From Nemertoderma westbladi (taxonomy: Eukaryota > Animalia > Xenacoelomorpha), in the NCBI GenBank assembly GCA_032718475.1, contig JAUCBJ010007057.1:1-64000 (forward strand): 64,000 nucleotides of DNA, in the 5' to 3' direction. Every line of letters begins with the position of its first letter. The stretch's first letter is position 1. Of the stretch, positions 1-10,751 are shown one piece after another. A program made the translations under genes and the position numbers. Below the pieces are notes generated by a model. It had not been told where the DNA came from and did no database searches. It worked only from the letters and a program-made list of their open reading frames with translations.

Positions 1-110
1 TATGTTTACTGGAAAGAGACCAGAAACTGTCCGGAAACTATGGAAGGCAAGATACTCTTCCTACGACCACTTCCCTAATCCGACAAATATCTAGGGACTC
101 CATAACGTGA
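1..110 (+). CDS. pol: C-terminal end of Gag-Pol polyprotein, copy A (partial)
   Basis: Frame from position 3 reads CLLERDQKLSGNYGRQDTLPTTTSLIRQISRDSIT*, matching the C-termini of the 2701-aa and 2703-aa ORFs. Confidence 0.9.
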   Translation, partial: CLLERDQKLSGNYGRQDTLPTTTSLIRQISRDSIT

Positions 111-1368
111 TAGCATGTGGAGTGGGCGTGTGGCTATATCATTTTATATTGTTTTTATTTTATATTTATGTATGTATTATTATGTAATTTTATTATAATC
201 GTTTTCTTTAATTTTATTTGGTAGAATGTTATTTTAGAATATTTAGTAAATTAGTGCAATATATTAGTGTTTATTACGTACATAATTACTTATAATATAT
301 ATTTAGTGCGACGGCAAGAAGTAATTATTTTCTCTTTCCTTACTGTCCGTATTATATTATAAATGCGAGACTATAGTAAGATGACATGTCAGTACTTCTT
401 AAAGTACAGTAAAGCCACTACTATATTTAAGTATTATTGGTAGGCAGAGTATTAGGAATGCAAAGTTCAGATCCTCGTGTCTCGGCTAAACCAAGCTCTG
501 GGTAGACCTTGGAAACGACTTGCCTCTTCACACTGACATTGCTTCGTGCGATATTGCTCTTCTACCTTATAACAAATAATACATATAGTAGCGTGATGTC
601 CCTCTAACAGTAGCGTAAATCGCAAATAAATCTGTTAAACTTTTGACCATCTGTAATTCTAGTCGATTAAGCTATCGTGGCACCCACCGATATACTTGAA
701 AGACAAATTCTAGAATCAGTGGTTAACGTCCCCAGACTTGCTCTGGAATAAAATTTATGTCAATTTAACATCAAATAATAAAATTCACGGGAATAAATTA
801 AATTCATATTTAAATGAATTTCATAAATTGTCATTTTGTGCAATTTATAACATTCCCAAAATTCCAGTAATTAATAGATCATGGGAGCGGAGATTCATAT
901 TGAGTGTATTAGAGTGTGAGAATCTCCAGCATATAGTCAATAGCCGATAAAATTTATAAAATCATGCATAAAGAGGATATTGACAATTAAAGAATTACTA
1001 TTAAATAACATCCCAGATCTGTATGCATGAGGATTGCCCTAATTCTACCGCTAGTTTTCCATAATGTCACCATGGCAACACCCACGCTAGAATTAGAAGC
1101 AAGTTAAAAGAACAATAAAAAGCTTGCCCCATTGCGTAGCATAAGAGTATACATAGCGCACTATTAGTATCCAAGGATACATAGTAAATACGTGACATTC
1201 TGGAAGACACTGACTAACGGACAAATGGCATGCATGTGTGCAGTAAGTAATGATTGTATGGAATTTGTGCGTTTATAGGTGAATGTTACTACTAAAGTGT
1301 GTTTACAGTAGCTAATCGCAATTGTAAAATAGCCCTAACTCTACCGAGATAACCTCAAGTGGATTCAA

Positions 1369-1522
1369 GCCTTTGGGACGGACAGTGGTGGGACTTGTGC
1401 CGGTTATCGTTGTCGTGCTGTGCTACATGTTGGCGTAAACACTGCGACAGCGGTACATCGGCGCTGAGAAACCCACTGTCCGGGGGCAAAAAGCCTAGTA
1501 GGAAGCGACGCCCGCTTACCTA
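1369..1522 (+). promoter_or_regulatory. Conserved structured RNA element upstream of accessory ORF2 (IRES-like candidate), copy A
   Basis: Nested stems GGACAGTGG/CCACTGTCC, GCCGGT/ATCGGC and TATCGTTGTCG/CGACAGCGGTA, plus hairpin TAGG-AAGCG/CGCTT-A-CCTA. Kept in copies B and C with G-U pairs and compensatory changes. Confidence 0.55.
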
Positions 1523-1565
1523 AAATATTAACTTATATTGATATTAACAAACTCAGATAGCAGAT

Positions 1566-2378
1566 ATGACGGAATTGATAGAAGATGACCTTGGTATTAG
1601 AGAGCGATATACTCTACCTTTACAAGCGTTTGTGGATAGCTTGATACGCGGTGAAGCTGATCCGACTATTACGGAGGACGATGGTCGCTATATCGAACCG
1701 CCGATGTCCCAGGAACAACTTACGCGCGAAGCGGACTATAGAAAATTCACCGCTCGCTATACGAATCGTAATGGTACGTATATGGACTTCTTAACTACCG
1801 GCCATCCTACCGATTTACATGATACCGATGATGTAGACACCGAAAGGGAAATGGTTTTATTCCAATATCATACTCAGCGGAATCGTAATGATAAACCGAG
1901 AATAGAACACGAGAACTCTATTCGCAACCTACTCGACAGAGAAAATGTTGAAGAACCCGATAAGCGTATCAACTTCAACGACTACGTGGAATTTTTGCGG
2001 GAAACCTATCTCAATATTGTCAGTCAACAGAACTTAGAGACTCGATATCCTCAAGGTATCCATCACGATCCCATGGTAGAACTCAAACGACTCTATTTCA
2101 CCATGATGTATCTTACCGCAGATCGTCCACTGCCTGTTGTCCCGGACAGTTTTGAACAAATGGAAGAGTATTGCAAAACTGGAGAACGATCACCCGCGTT
2201 TCCTCTGCAGGATGTACGTCTTTGGTATTATTGTGACTCATGTCCTAGACCTAACCAGCAAACGGAAAGACATAAACATCCGCGGAGACGTTGTGCTAAA
2301 CACAGTTTTACGCGTTATACTTACGGGAGTTTCGAGCGAAACCTGTTCGACGTATCCCCTGCGATCGCCCGTTTATAA
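1566..2378 (+). CDS. Retrotransposon accessory ORF2, 270 aa, unknown function (acidic N-terminus, C-terminal CxxC...H...CxxH cluster)
   Basis: Open ORF with homologues at the same position in copy B (36961) and copy C (53057, -), all starting MTELIED. Confidence 0.75.
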   Translation: MTELIEDDLGIRERYTLPLQAFVDSLIRGEADPTITEDDGRYIEPPMSQEQLTREADYRKFTARYTNRNGTYMDFLTTGHPTDLHDTDDVDTEREMVLFQYHTQRNRNDKPRIEHENSIRNLLDRENVEEPDKRINFNDYVEFLRETYLNIVSQQNLETRYPQGIHHDPMVELKRLYFTMMYLTADRPLPVVPDSFEQMEEYCKTGERSPAFPLQDVRLWYYCDSCPRPNQQTERHKHPRRRCAKHSFTRYTYGSFERNLFDVSPAIARL

Positions 2379-2396
2379 CGATCGCTAAATAAACCC

Positions 2397-3110
2397 ATGA
2401 TCAGAGTTCCGGAATACTCGGTCAGACCTCCCCATTTCCCCGTGAAACCTCAAACTCTTGATCCTAACAGTATTACAGATCCTCCCGAATTATACTCACT
2501 GTTCAAGGATTTGGTGTTACCCGAGCAGCTAATCGGTGGTGCTCCGGCGGTAGGTTCGTTAGATATTCGACCATCCTATTTAACCGGATTGGGACGCGGA
2601 CATCTAATCTCGCCTTTTAATCCTTACAACCGGCCAGGATTAACGCCGATACAACCTGCCACGGAAGTCGAGGAGAGTGTCATTAGAAACGCTCTAGACG
2701 CCATCCGACAGAAAATCGGAAAGGGAACCCAGGATTTTCTAGAGAAACGTAAATTACAGCAGCAGGTCCAATCGGTAAAAGAGCTAGCCTTGCCGCAGTT
2801 TGATAGAGAAATCCAAAACCTCGAAGAGGACATCGAGCTTGGACGTACGTATTCTCTACAGGAGTTTCTGGAAGAACGCTTGCAGAAACAAGCGGAGGAG
2901 AATCAACTGGAGGAGAGGCATACGGAAATGGATGAGAGAGAAGAAGCCGCTTTAGCCCAACCCGAAACTGGGAAGCGAACGCTGATTTACATTGTGATTC
3001 ACGCCATCGCTATTACCCTGGACGCGCCTACGAAGGAGTTTATGCGTTCCATCCATATTTGTTTGCCTCCGTCGAGCAGAAATCGCGCCTATCAAGTTAT
3101 GAACTATTGA
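2397..3110 (+). CDS. Retrotransposon accessory ORF3 (Pro-rich N-terminus, E/Q-rich coiled-coil-like region); genuine to ~2961, then out-of-frame read-through into ORF4 sequence after a deletion
   Basis: Degenerate homologue in copy C (~51700-52230, -) and a ~60-bp remnant in copy B (37344-37403). From ~2962 the DNA matches copy B ORF4 at ~38891. Confidence 0.65.
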   Translation: MIRVPEYSVRPPHFPVKPQTLDPNSITDPPELYSLFKDLVLPEQLIGGAPAVGSLDIRPSYLTGLGRGHLISPFNPYNRPGLTPIQPATEVEESVIRNALDAIRQKIGKGTQDFLEKRKLQQQVQSVKELALPQFDREIQNLEEDIELGRTYSLQEFLEERLQKQAEENQLEERHTEMDEREEAALAQPETGKRTLIYIVIHAIAITLDAPTKEFMRSIHICLPPSSRNRAYQVMNY

Positions 3111-3640
3111 AGCGCGTTGGAGAATGTATTTCAACCAAATATGTGCGTAAATTTCTCAGGAGCATTAATCCGAGTGACATCCAGTCTTACAACTTAATAA
3201 ACTTTATCCGTCAAGACCCTGCCTATGGAGACTTATTCGTCAACTCACACCCTGAGTTACAAGAGGTATATCGACGGCCTTACGAGTATCGAGCCCGCGA
3301 ACGCGAGTTAGAAAGAACCATTAAACCAAGGAAGTTTCTAACTGCCTATGGTCCACCCACGGCCCTCGTTCAGACCACTCGTAAAGGACCCGTAAGAGCG
3401 GCTGTCTTGAAACGAGCTCTCAAAGCCGTTAGACCCCTCTCCCCGGACGTTGATGTCCATCAACCCGGTACTTCGACCGGCGGATATACCGATCGCAATC
3501 CCATACCTTCTGACGCAATCATATTGCACCCTTCACCCAGGAGTTATAGCCCTCCTAGTAAAGTGGCTCGCCCCAAAGAGAAAAGGACTCTTGCTAGCTT
3601 CAAAAAACTGCGTAAACGCCGTCCGCGCAAGAAAGACTAA
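2962..3640 (+). pseudogene. 3' remnant of accessory ORF4, copy A (5' part deleted)
   Basis: Translates to WEANADLHC...FASVEQK...KKLRKRRPRKKD*, homologous to the C-terminal ~225 aa of the 594-aa ORF at 37785-39569. Confidence 0.85.
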
Positions 3641-3718
3641 CTGTTTAGAGTATTTTTGTATTTTAGAAACTGTGATTTTGTATATTTTATAGACTTAAAT
3701 CCCATTTTCTGGGAGCGG

Positions 3719-4980
3719 TGTAAAAGCTTTTGTGGGATAACTGATACGTTTGCCTATGCTGGCCAGTTCCCCCCCAGGCGCTGGAATACTCTAAAAAAGG
3801 TTTTCTAACTGTATATATATTCCCCTCGCCCGCAAGGTACCTTTACAGGTGTTTTAACGGACATAAAAATCATTCTGCTATATACGTGTTTTAGCGGACA
3901 TGGTAAGACAAAAAACTTGTAATGCACCAACCACCTTTCACAGCTTAGCCGTGATGATTCATATTACGACATCTAGCAGCTGGTTGCTGACATGGAAACA
4001 GCCATTGGCCGCGTGGTTCTTTGTTTGGCTTGGGCCAATCAGGGCGGTTTTTCCTGTCGACGTGTAGCTTTTTAGTCGATCATAAGGAGAGTGTTCAGTC
4101 TTACTGTTTTAGAGTTGATACTTTGTTGTTATTGCTGTCTAAGCCAGAAACACCGGCATTTTTGGATAGATACTGCTGTACCGTAAACTGCTTGAATTAT
4201 CGAAAGTATAAACTGTTACCTAACTAAACTCACTGACTTAAATCACTCACTAATCTCACGAATCGAATATCACCTAACTCATTAATCATATTGTTTGTAC
4301 TGTTATTTTACCGTCAGTTATTAATTGTAAATATTTGTTGATGGAAATATTGCTATTTGGATAATACGGATAAATCACCCAATTCCCAATTTTCTTGATA
4401 ACACTACAGGTTAGAGAGACCGGCTATATATAACAATTGCGATTTATATTAATGTGGTGTGTATTGAATCCAATGTTATTTAGCAGACCCTACGTGAGTC
4501 AATTACTGCTCTCTTTATGTGTGATCAAATGTACTGACTGTCGGCAGAATAGTGTGTATGATTGTGATTGGTAACAAAGTATTTCCTAAAGAATACGTTT
4601 TATACTTTAATCATAAGCAGTATCGTTGCGTTTAGTATAAGTCTTAGTTCTGTTTAAATAGATAAAGCGCCACGTCCTAAAGGAACTGTTAATATTTCCC
4701 GAAAGCCAATAATATCTGTCAGAGATTAATTATTAACGATCTATCGAATAATACATTAGGTATACACTGCAACCTTACACTGTAATAATCCAATTCAAGC
4801 ATCCGAATTCAGTCTCCCGGGTGTAGATCCATCGGGTGAATGATCGCGCATGGGCTGACTTCGGCTAATGTTTTGCGTATTAGCATAAATTATTGTCGTA
4901 TGCTAAAGTGGTTTTAATTAACTAAAAGACATATAAATTTTGGCAGGTTAAACTGCTAAAGGTCTTCGAAAGCGCGAACA
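3719..4980 (+). repeat. 3' LTR of copy A (~1.26 kb)
   Basis: TGT...ACA termini, preceded by the PPT-like TGGGAGCGG. The 3' half is clearly homologous to the LTRs of B and C. Confidence 0.9.
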
Positions 4981-5140
4981 TCCATAGTGGGGTGCGTTTT
5001 TGCCGAGTCAGCTCTCGGGGCAAATACCATACCCTGGTTTGCCATTCCACAGGGTGGGTGTCGCAGTGGTGTCAGATAAGAGGCCCATCACCCATACCTA
5101 CTCTGGCGCAGATGACCCACCATTGGCTGTGCAGCTCATC

Positions 5141-5207
5141 TGCTACTACTACTAGGATCGGCATGCTGCATTGCAGCTGCATTTTTAAGAATGCTGTGCC
5201 GGCTTGC
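5141..5207 (-). mobile_element. 3'-terminal fragment of RTE-like LINE with (TAG)n tail
   Basis: ATCGGCATGCTGCATTGCAGCTGCATTTTTAAGAATGCTG is shared with the LINE 3' end at ~10765-10805. Confidence 0.7.
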
Positions 5208-6433
5208 TGGTGCCGGTGTCATCTGCTGCGCCATGCCCTGTATCCCTGCTGCCATGTACAAATTTTGAACAAATTGAAATGTGAAATTTGACAAATTTTG
5301 CAAAATTTTAAATACCATGAGGCTGGGGTAGATTTATATGAAAGTCACAATTTCACATTTTGTGTTTGTTTCCAACCTATTTGACATTATATATTTGCAT
5401 CTTCCTTAATTTTTATTAAAAATACAAAATATCTGGGATTTTCAAAACTGGCATTGCCTTTCAAAAAATTCGAAATTTTCAAGTGTCGTGAGGCCCGCTT
5501 AGAATTTTTCTAAATCAAAAATTTTTTTTTGCAAAGTTAGTTTAGACTGATTTGGCATCAGAAAAATAGTGCTTCCCTTAAAAATAAAGAAATAAAATTG
5601 TTTCACTCCACCCTAATGTACAAGTCGCAGTGAAGTGCACTCAGAGTGGACATGAGAACACTCTACTCCTGACCAGCCATTGGTAGATCACCATCTGCCT
5701 GGCCAGGCCATATACCCATGCAGCCAAGTATATGGGTCCTTAATCCAGGACCAAGCGCGTCCTTATCCCAGAACGAAGGGGGTCCTAGTTACAGGGCCAG
5801 ATTTGCCCTAGTAAGAGGGTCTATGCAGCTACAGGTGGCACCTCCTTTATGCTGCATGGAGGTGGCAAGTTTTCTTGATCAATGACCTAGAATACTTGAC
5901 CTATAAGCAAGGTATGGGAAAACGGTTTCCATATTTGGATTCAGCATGAAATTCTGCATTAGATAGGATGTTTCAAAAATTAGAAAATCAGAAAATGCGC
6001 AACCCCCACCCCCCTATCTTCAAGCTTCTGGCAAAATAAATACCGCATTGCAGTCATAAATAACCCCCATATACACCATGTCCCAGAATAGTGTCGTAAT
6101 TCAGTGACACCCCCAACCCCCCCCCCCCCCCCCCCCCTAATTTTTCTACAAATGTTATTGAAATTGCATGAAATTTGAAACAGATCTAGTTTCACCTCCC
6201 GACCACTGACTGGGTGAGCCAGAATTATTATTTTTGCTTTCTATCTTTACCTACAACATATTATATCAGTCCCACTGCAGTTATTATTCTGTTTGTTGGT
6301 ACTGCTAGAAAACTGGCCATGCAAGGAATCCAAATATGTAACACAATTTGAATTTCGTTGAAAAATCGCTGAGATATGATGAGCGATCAAATGTTGCATG
6401 GTTTTGCACCTGCGCGAGGATATTTTATTCTAT

Positions 6434-6542
6434 TTAAGGTGTAATATGGTTTTGTTCAGAAATGGAAAAAATGAGAAAGCGCGTCACCGGCGCTTTCTCA
6501 TTTTTTCCATTTCTGAACAAAACCATAATATTACACCTTTAA
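6434..6542. repeat. Near-perfect ~110-bp palindrome (small hairpin MITE)
   Basis: AAGGTGTAATATGGTTTTGTTCAGAAATGGAAAAAATGAGAAAGCGC followed by its reverse complement, with TTAA at both ends. Confidence 0.85.
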
Positions 6543-7412
6543 TTACAGTTGCATTAACAGCTCAACTCCAATTCATTTATTTCTATTTAATAAATGCATC
6601 ATATTCTGGAACATTTTGTTTATCCAAATACGTAGCTGAGCAACAATCCATTACATCTTTAATTATACTATTACTTAGCTATTCATACATTAACAAAATG
6701 TTCAGAATATGTTGTATTTATTAATAGAATAAAATAGCCTCGCGTCGTTGCAAAACCATGCAACATTTGAACGCTTATATCTCAGCTATTTTTCAACGAA
6801 ATTCAAATTGTGTTAAATATTTGGTGTCGGCGTTACGTTGTGCCGACAGTGTCGGCATTACGTTGTGGCGACAGTGTGGCCGGCTAAAACCTAAATATAA
6901 ATAGGAGACTGTAGGATAAATCAGCTTAGTTTCTGACAAAATACAGCAATTACCATTCATCATCCATTTCGACCTATGTCTACCTGTACTGTACTCAATC
7001 CTGCAATAAGTCAATACAGCAATAACGTACTGCTCACTGCTGTTAGTTGCTGTACGTACGTGGTTGGCCTAGCTTCAGAAATGGATATTTTGCATCCCGA
7101 TTTTACATTTTGTATCTAAGTTTTATTTATGGATTTCATCAATGCAATTGCATTGTAATGTTTGCTAATCATTAAACAATTAATTAGATGACTTATAAAT
7201 TGTGTCGCCATTTAAATAATAGGCCTCTCGCCATGTAACAGACCCAGGTACTATAGAACTAGAATTAGAACGCCTTCAGACAGTGTCGTCCTTTCATTAT
7301 GACTCTATACTGAAGCTACACAAAGGTGCAGGATAAGGTGAGAAACGATTATCTAATAATAACACACACAATCAGATTATTATACATACTCCTCCTTTAG
7401 CAAAGGATTACG

Positions 7413-8397
7413 TGTCCACACTTCGAAATAGTCAACATTTCGAAAAAACCATGTCAACACTTCGAAATGGTCAACACTTCGAAATTGTCAACCCTTCGAA
7501 ATTGTCAACACTTCGAAATGGTCAACACTTCGAAATTGTCAACACTTCGAAATTGTCAACACTTCGAAATGGTCAACCGAAATGGTCAACACTTCGAAAT
7601 TGTCAACACTTCGAAATGGTCAACACTTCGAAATTGTCAACACTTCGAAATGGTCAACACTTCGAAATGGTCAACACTTCGAAATGGTCAACACTTCGAA
7701 ATGGTGAACACTTCGAAATGGTCAACACTTCGAAATTGTCAACACTTCGAAATGGTCAACACTTCGAAATGGTCAACACTTCGAAATGGTCAACACTTCG
7801 AAATTGTCAACACTTCGAAATTGTCAACACTTCGAAATGGTCAACACTTCGAAATTGTCAACACTTCGAAATTGTCAACACTTCGAAATGGTCAACACTT
7901 CGAAATTGTCAACACTTCGAAATTGTCAACACTTCGAAATGGTCAACACTTCGAAATTATCAACACTTCGAAATGGTCAACACTTCGAAATGGTCAACAC
8001 TTCGAAATGGTCAACACTTCGAAATTGTCAACACTTCGAAATGGTCAACACTTCGAAATGGTCAACACTTCGAAATGGTCAACACTTCGAAATGGTCAAC
8101 ACTTCGAAATGGTCAACACTTCGAAATGGTCAACACTTCGAAATGGTCAACACTTCGAAATGGTCAACACTTCGAAATTGTCAACACTTCGAAATGGTCA
8201 ACACTTCGAAATGGTCAACACTTCGAAATGGTCAACACTTCGAAATGGTCAACACTTCGAAATTGTCAACACTTCGAAATGGTCAACACTTCGAAATGGT
8301 CAACACTTCGAAATGGTCAACACTTCGAAATGGTCAACACTTCGAAATGGTCAACACTTCGAAATTGTCAACACTTCGAAATGGTCAACACTTCGAA
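7413..8397 (+). repeat. 17-bp minisatellite GTCAACACTTCGAAAT(G/T), ~58 units
   Basis: Directly visible tandem array. It explains the repetitive ORFs at 7412, 7467 and 7786. Confidence 0.97.
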
Positions 8398-8888
8398 AGG
8401 AATTTAGAAATAATAATGAAATAATAGAATAATAGTAATAATAACGAAAACTAAGTTTCGTATTTATTTTTGTTACCATTTAATTAATTATATTGTATTT
8501 GGGATAAAATTAAATCCAATGAGATATATATGTTTCATGACCCACTTTGCTAGAATATACTGGGATTCAAAAAGTTTGGGCGTTGATTTCATCAGCAGTG
8601 ACTTACCACTGCACTACTGTCTCCGGCGTGCTACAGACCTGTGTAGGTGAAGATTTTTAATTTTATTCTATTAACTGAAATGATAGTACCAAAGTTAAAA
8701 ATAAATATTTCGAAATAATATTTCTTATTACTAAAAAACTTACATAATTAGTAATTGTTCTTATGTTCGTACTTACTACCGGTAATACCATATACTAATT
8801 CTATAACCCAACCTTAACCATATATAGTTAAAATTTTATTTGTATTTTAAAATATACTATTATTCTATTTACATTCAAATATTTCTTT

Positions 8889-8990
8889 TTCGAAGTATTG
8901 ACATGGTCTTTCGAAGTATTGACATGGTCTTTCGAAGTGTTGACATGGTCTTTCGAAGTATTGGCATAGCCTTTCGAAGTGTTGACATGG
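8889..8990 (-). repeat. 21-bp tandem repeat x5 (TTCGAAGTRTTGACATGGTCT), inverted relative to the 17-bp array
   Basis: Core TTCGAAGTGTTGAC is the reverse complement of GTCAACACTTCGAA. Confidence 0.9.
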
Positions 8991-10502
8991 GGTAAATATT
9001 TACAATAAAACCATCCAACTCCCTTAATAGCCTGTGTGCTGTATCAACGCCTCAGTGGCAGTGGGCGGTCTCCAGTACTGCAAGGCCCAACTCATCTCGG
9101 GGTAAATTAGCCAGCAATCTGTCAATAATAAAAATGAAAGCGAGCCGACATTTAGTCAGAGCAACCAAATATGTAGATGGCCAAGGAGGACAGTGTGGAT
9201 TTAGCTGAGTCGAGTTAAAACGCCTAACCAAAATGACCAAATAGCCCATAGGAATACGACTACATTTATTTGGTTATTTTGGCCACCAAAATGGCCAAGT
9301 TAACGCTTATTGGGATTGCGGCTGCATAAAACGCCCCGATGTAATGGCCTAAGTCAGGCCTGGGGGGCGTGGGGGGCGGGATATCATTTATATATTTTTT
9401 TAATTCATCTGTATCTTGAAACAGTTAGGCCTACCTATGTTTTAAAAACCGAGATTTCTTTTTCATGCTGAAAGTTTCAAATTTTTTTGAAAATGTTGAA
9501 AATGAAATTAGAAATTAAAATTTTGACCATGTTGACACTGTCGGCGCAACGTAACGACGACACTGTCGGCATAAAGTTATGCCGACACTGTCGGCACAGT
9601 GTCGGTACAGCGTTTACACCACCAACAAACAGCTATAAGGTAGAAGAACAAATGCGGTGGGATTGGTGTAATATTTCCGGGGAGACACTTTTTTTAAACG
9701 CTTGTAGCTAAAGATTGAAAGCAAAAAAGAAAATTCTAGCTCTCCCAGTCAGTGGTCGGAAAGTGAAATTCTCTCTGCAAGTGACCATGAATTTAAATCC
9801 CACATATATTGAGCATCTTCAAGGACGAATCTTCATGGGACTTGAATATCGGTGTTATCATCAACCATTTTAGTCAAACTTGCAAAAAGTATACACAACC
9901 ACACTATTGTTATTATTGTTATCATATTTATTATTGTTATTGTTATCATTATTGTGGTCAATAAGATTTTCTAAATCCTCTTTAATGTCGTCTAAGAATC
10001 CTTTCCAGGGTCGCTTAGAATTAACTATTTGTTTTGTTTCTCACCAAAGAAAGCTTTGAAGTAGTTGCGGTCATGATTACTTTGAGTTTTTATACTTTCT
10101 TTGTTAAAATGTGAAAATATATCCCTATCAGCGCCACTTTGTAAATTACGGATCAGATTCTGCCACACTGTTTTCCTTCTATTGGTGTCAATAAACTTCC
10201 CTGCTCTACAGTTCCATATAATTAATTTCAGGCTTTTCTGTAGCCTCAGCCAAATTTCGTCAGGCATTTAAATTCCATATTTGATCAGATGGCATTATAA
10301 AGAAGAATCTAAAATAAATCAACTCCACTTTTCACAAATTGCAAATATGAACACGTTTGTAATAAATATTGGAAAGCCTTCAACAATTTTGCAGCAAAGG
10401 CGTCCAATTCTAGAATACATTATACAAAGTATATCGCCCAATTACACATTAATCAAACTATATATGAACCAAAATTGTGAATCAACTTTTGATGTAAATT
10501 GA

Positions 10503-10632
10503 TGAACTTGAGACGTGACTTGACAGAATTGTGATGTAACTTTATAAGCGACTTTTGGTACAACTTGACAAACTTTTAACACGACTTTGCGAACTTGAGA
10601 CGCGACTTTTTATGAAACTTGACGAACTTGTG
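10503..10632 (+). repeat. Degenerate short tandem repeats (GAACTTGAGACGYGACTT-like)
   Basis: Recurring AACTTGA and CGACTTT motifs. Confidence 0.5.
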
Positions 10633-10751
10633 CCAGCGAAAATGGCGTTGAAGTGAAACGCCAATCCCTATATGCTTGTTGAGCAGGTTTTTAGTCGCTT
10701 ACTTTATCTTAAGTACCTTTATGGTTTTATATTAGTATTGAGCTGGGAGGA

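Larger units (their letters stand above)
1..4980 (+). mobile_element. BEL/Pao LTR retrotransposon copy A, 3' portion (end of pol, spacer, accessory ORFs, 3' LTR)
   Basis: Colinear with copy B 35219-40832. Starts in the last codons of pol and ends at GCGCGAACA (4980), like the other LTRs. Confidence 0.93.
6823..9620. mobile_element. Putative non-autonomous DNA element with inverted subterminal GCCGACAGTGTCGGC repeats
   Basis: Repeat cluster at 6823-6878 is mirrored in opposite orientation at 9534-9606. Confidence 0.5.
6072..9780. mobile_element. Palindromic MITE interrupted by nested insertions
   Basis: 6190-6300 is the inverse of ~9621-9770, and 6330-6420 the inverse of ~6740-6823. The left end (TACACCATGTCC) and the internal part match a relative at 42002-42590. 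Confidence 0.55.

Noticed and set aside
4961-4970. GGTCTTCGAA resembling a tRNA-Tyr PBS (TGGTCCTTCGA)
   Set aside because: It lies inside the LTR, lacks TGG and is not conserved in B or C (GGTCTGAAA).
4981-4985. Copy A flank TCCAT resembling the satellite target CATCC (target-site preference)
   Set aside because: Copy C's flank (CCCGC) is unrelated, and three sites are too few to infer specificity.
7412-8432. Long ORFs in all three plus frames (331, 321 and 212 aa)
   Set aside because: By-product of a stop-free 17-bp tandem repeat. No unique coding sequence.
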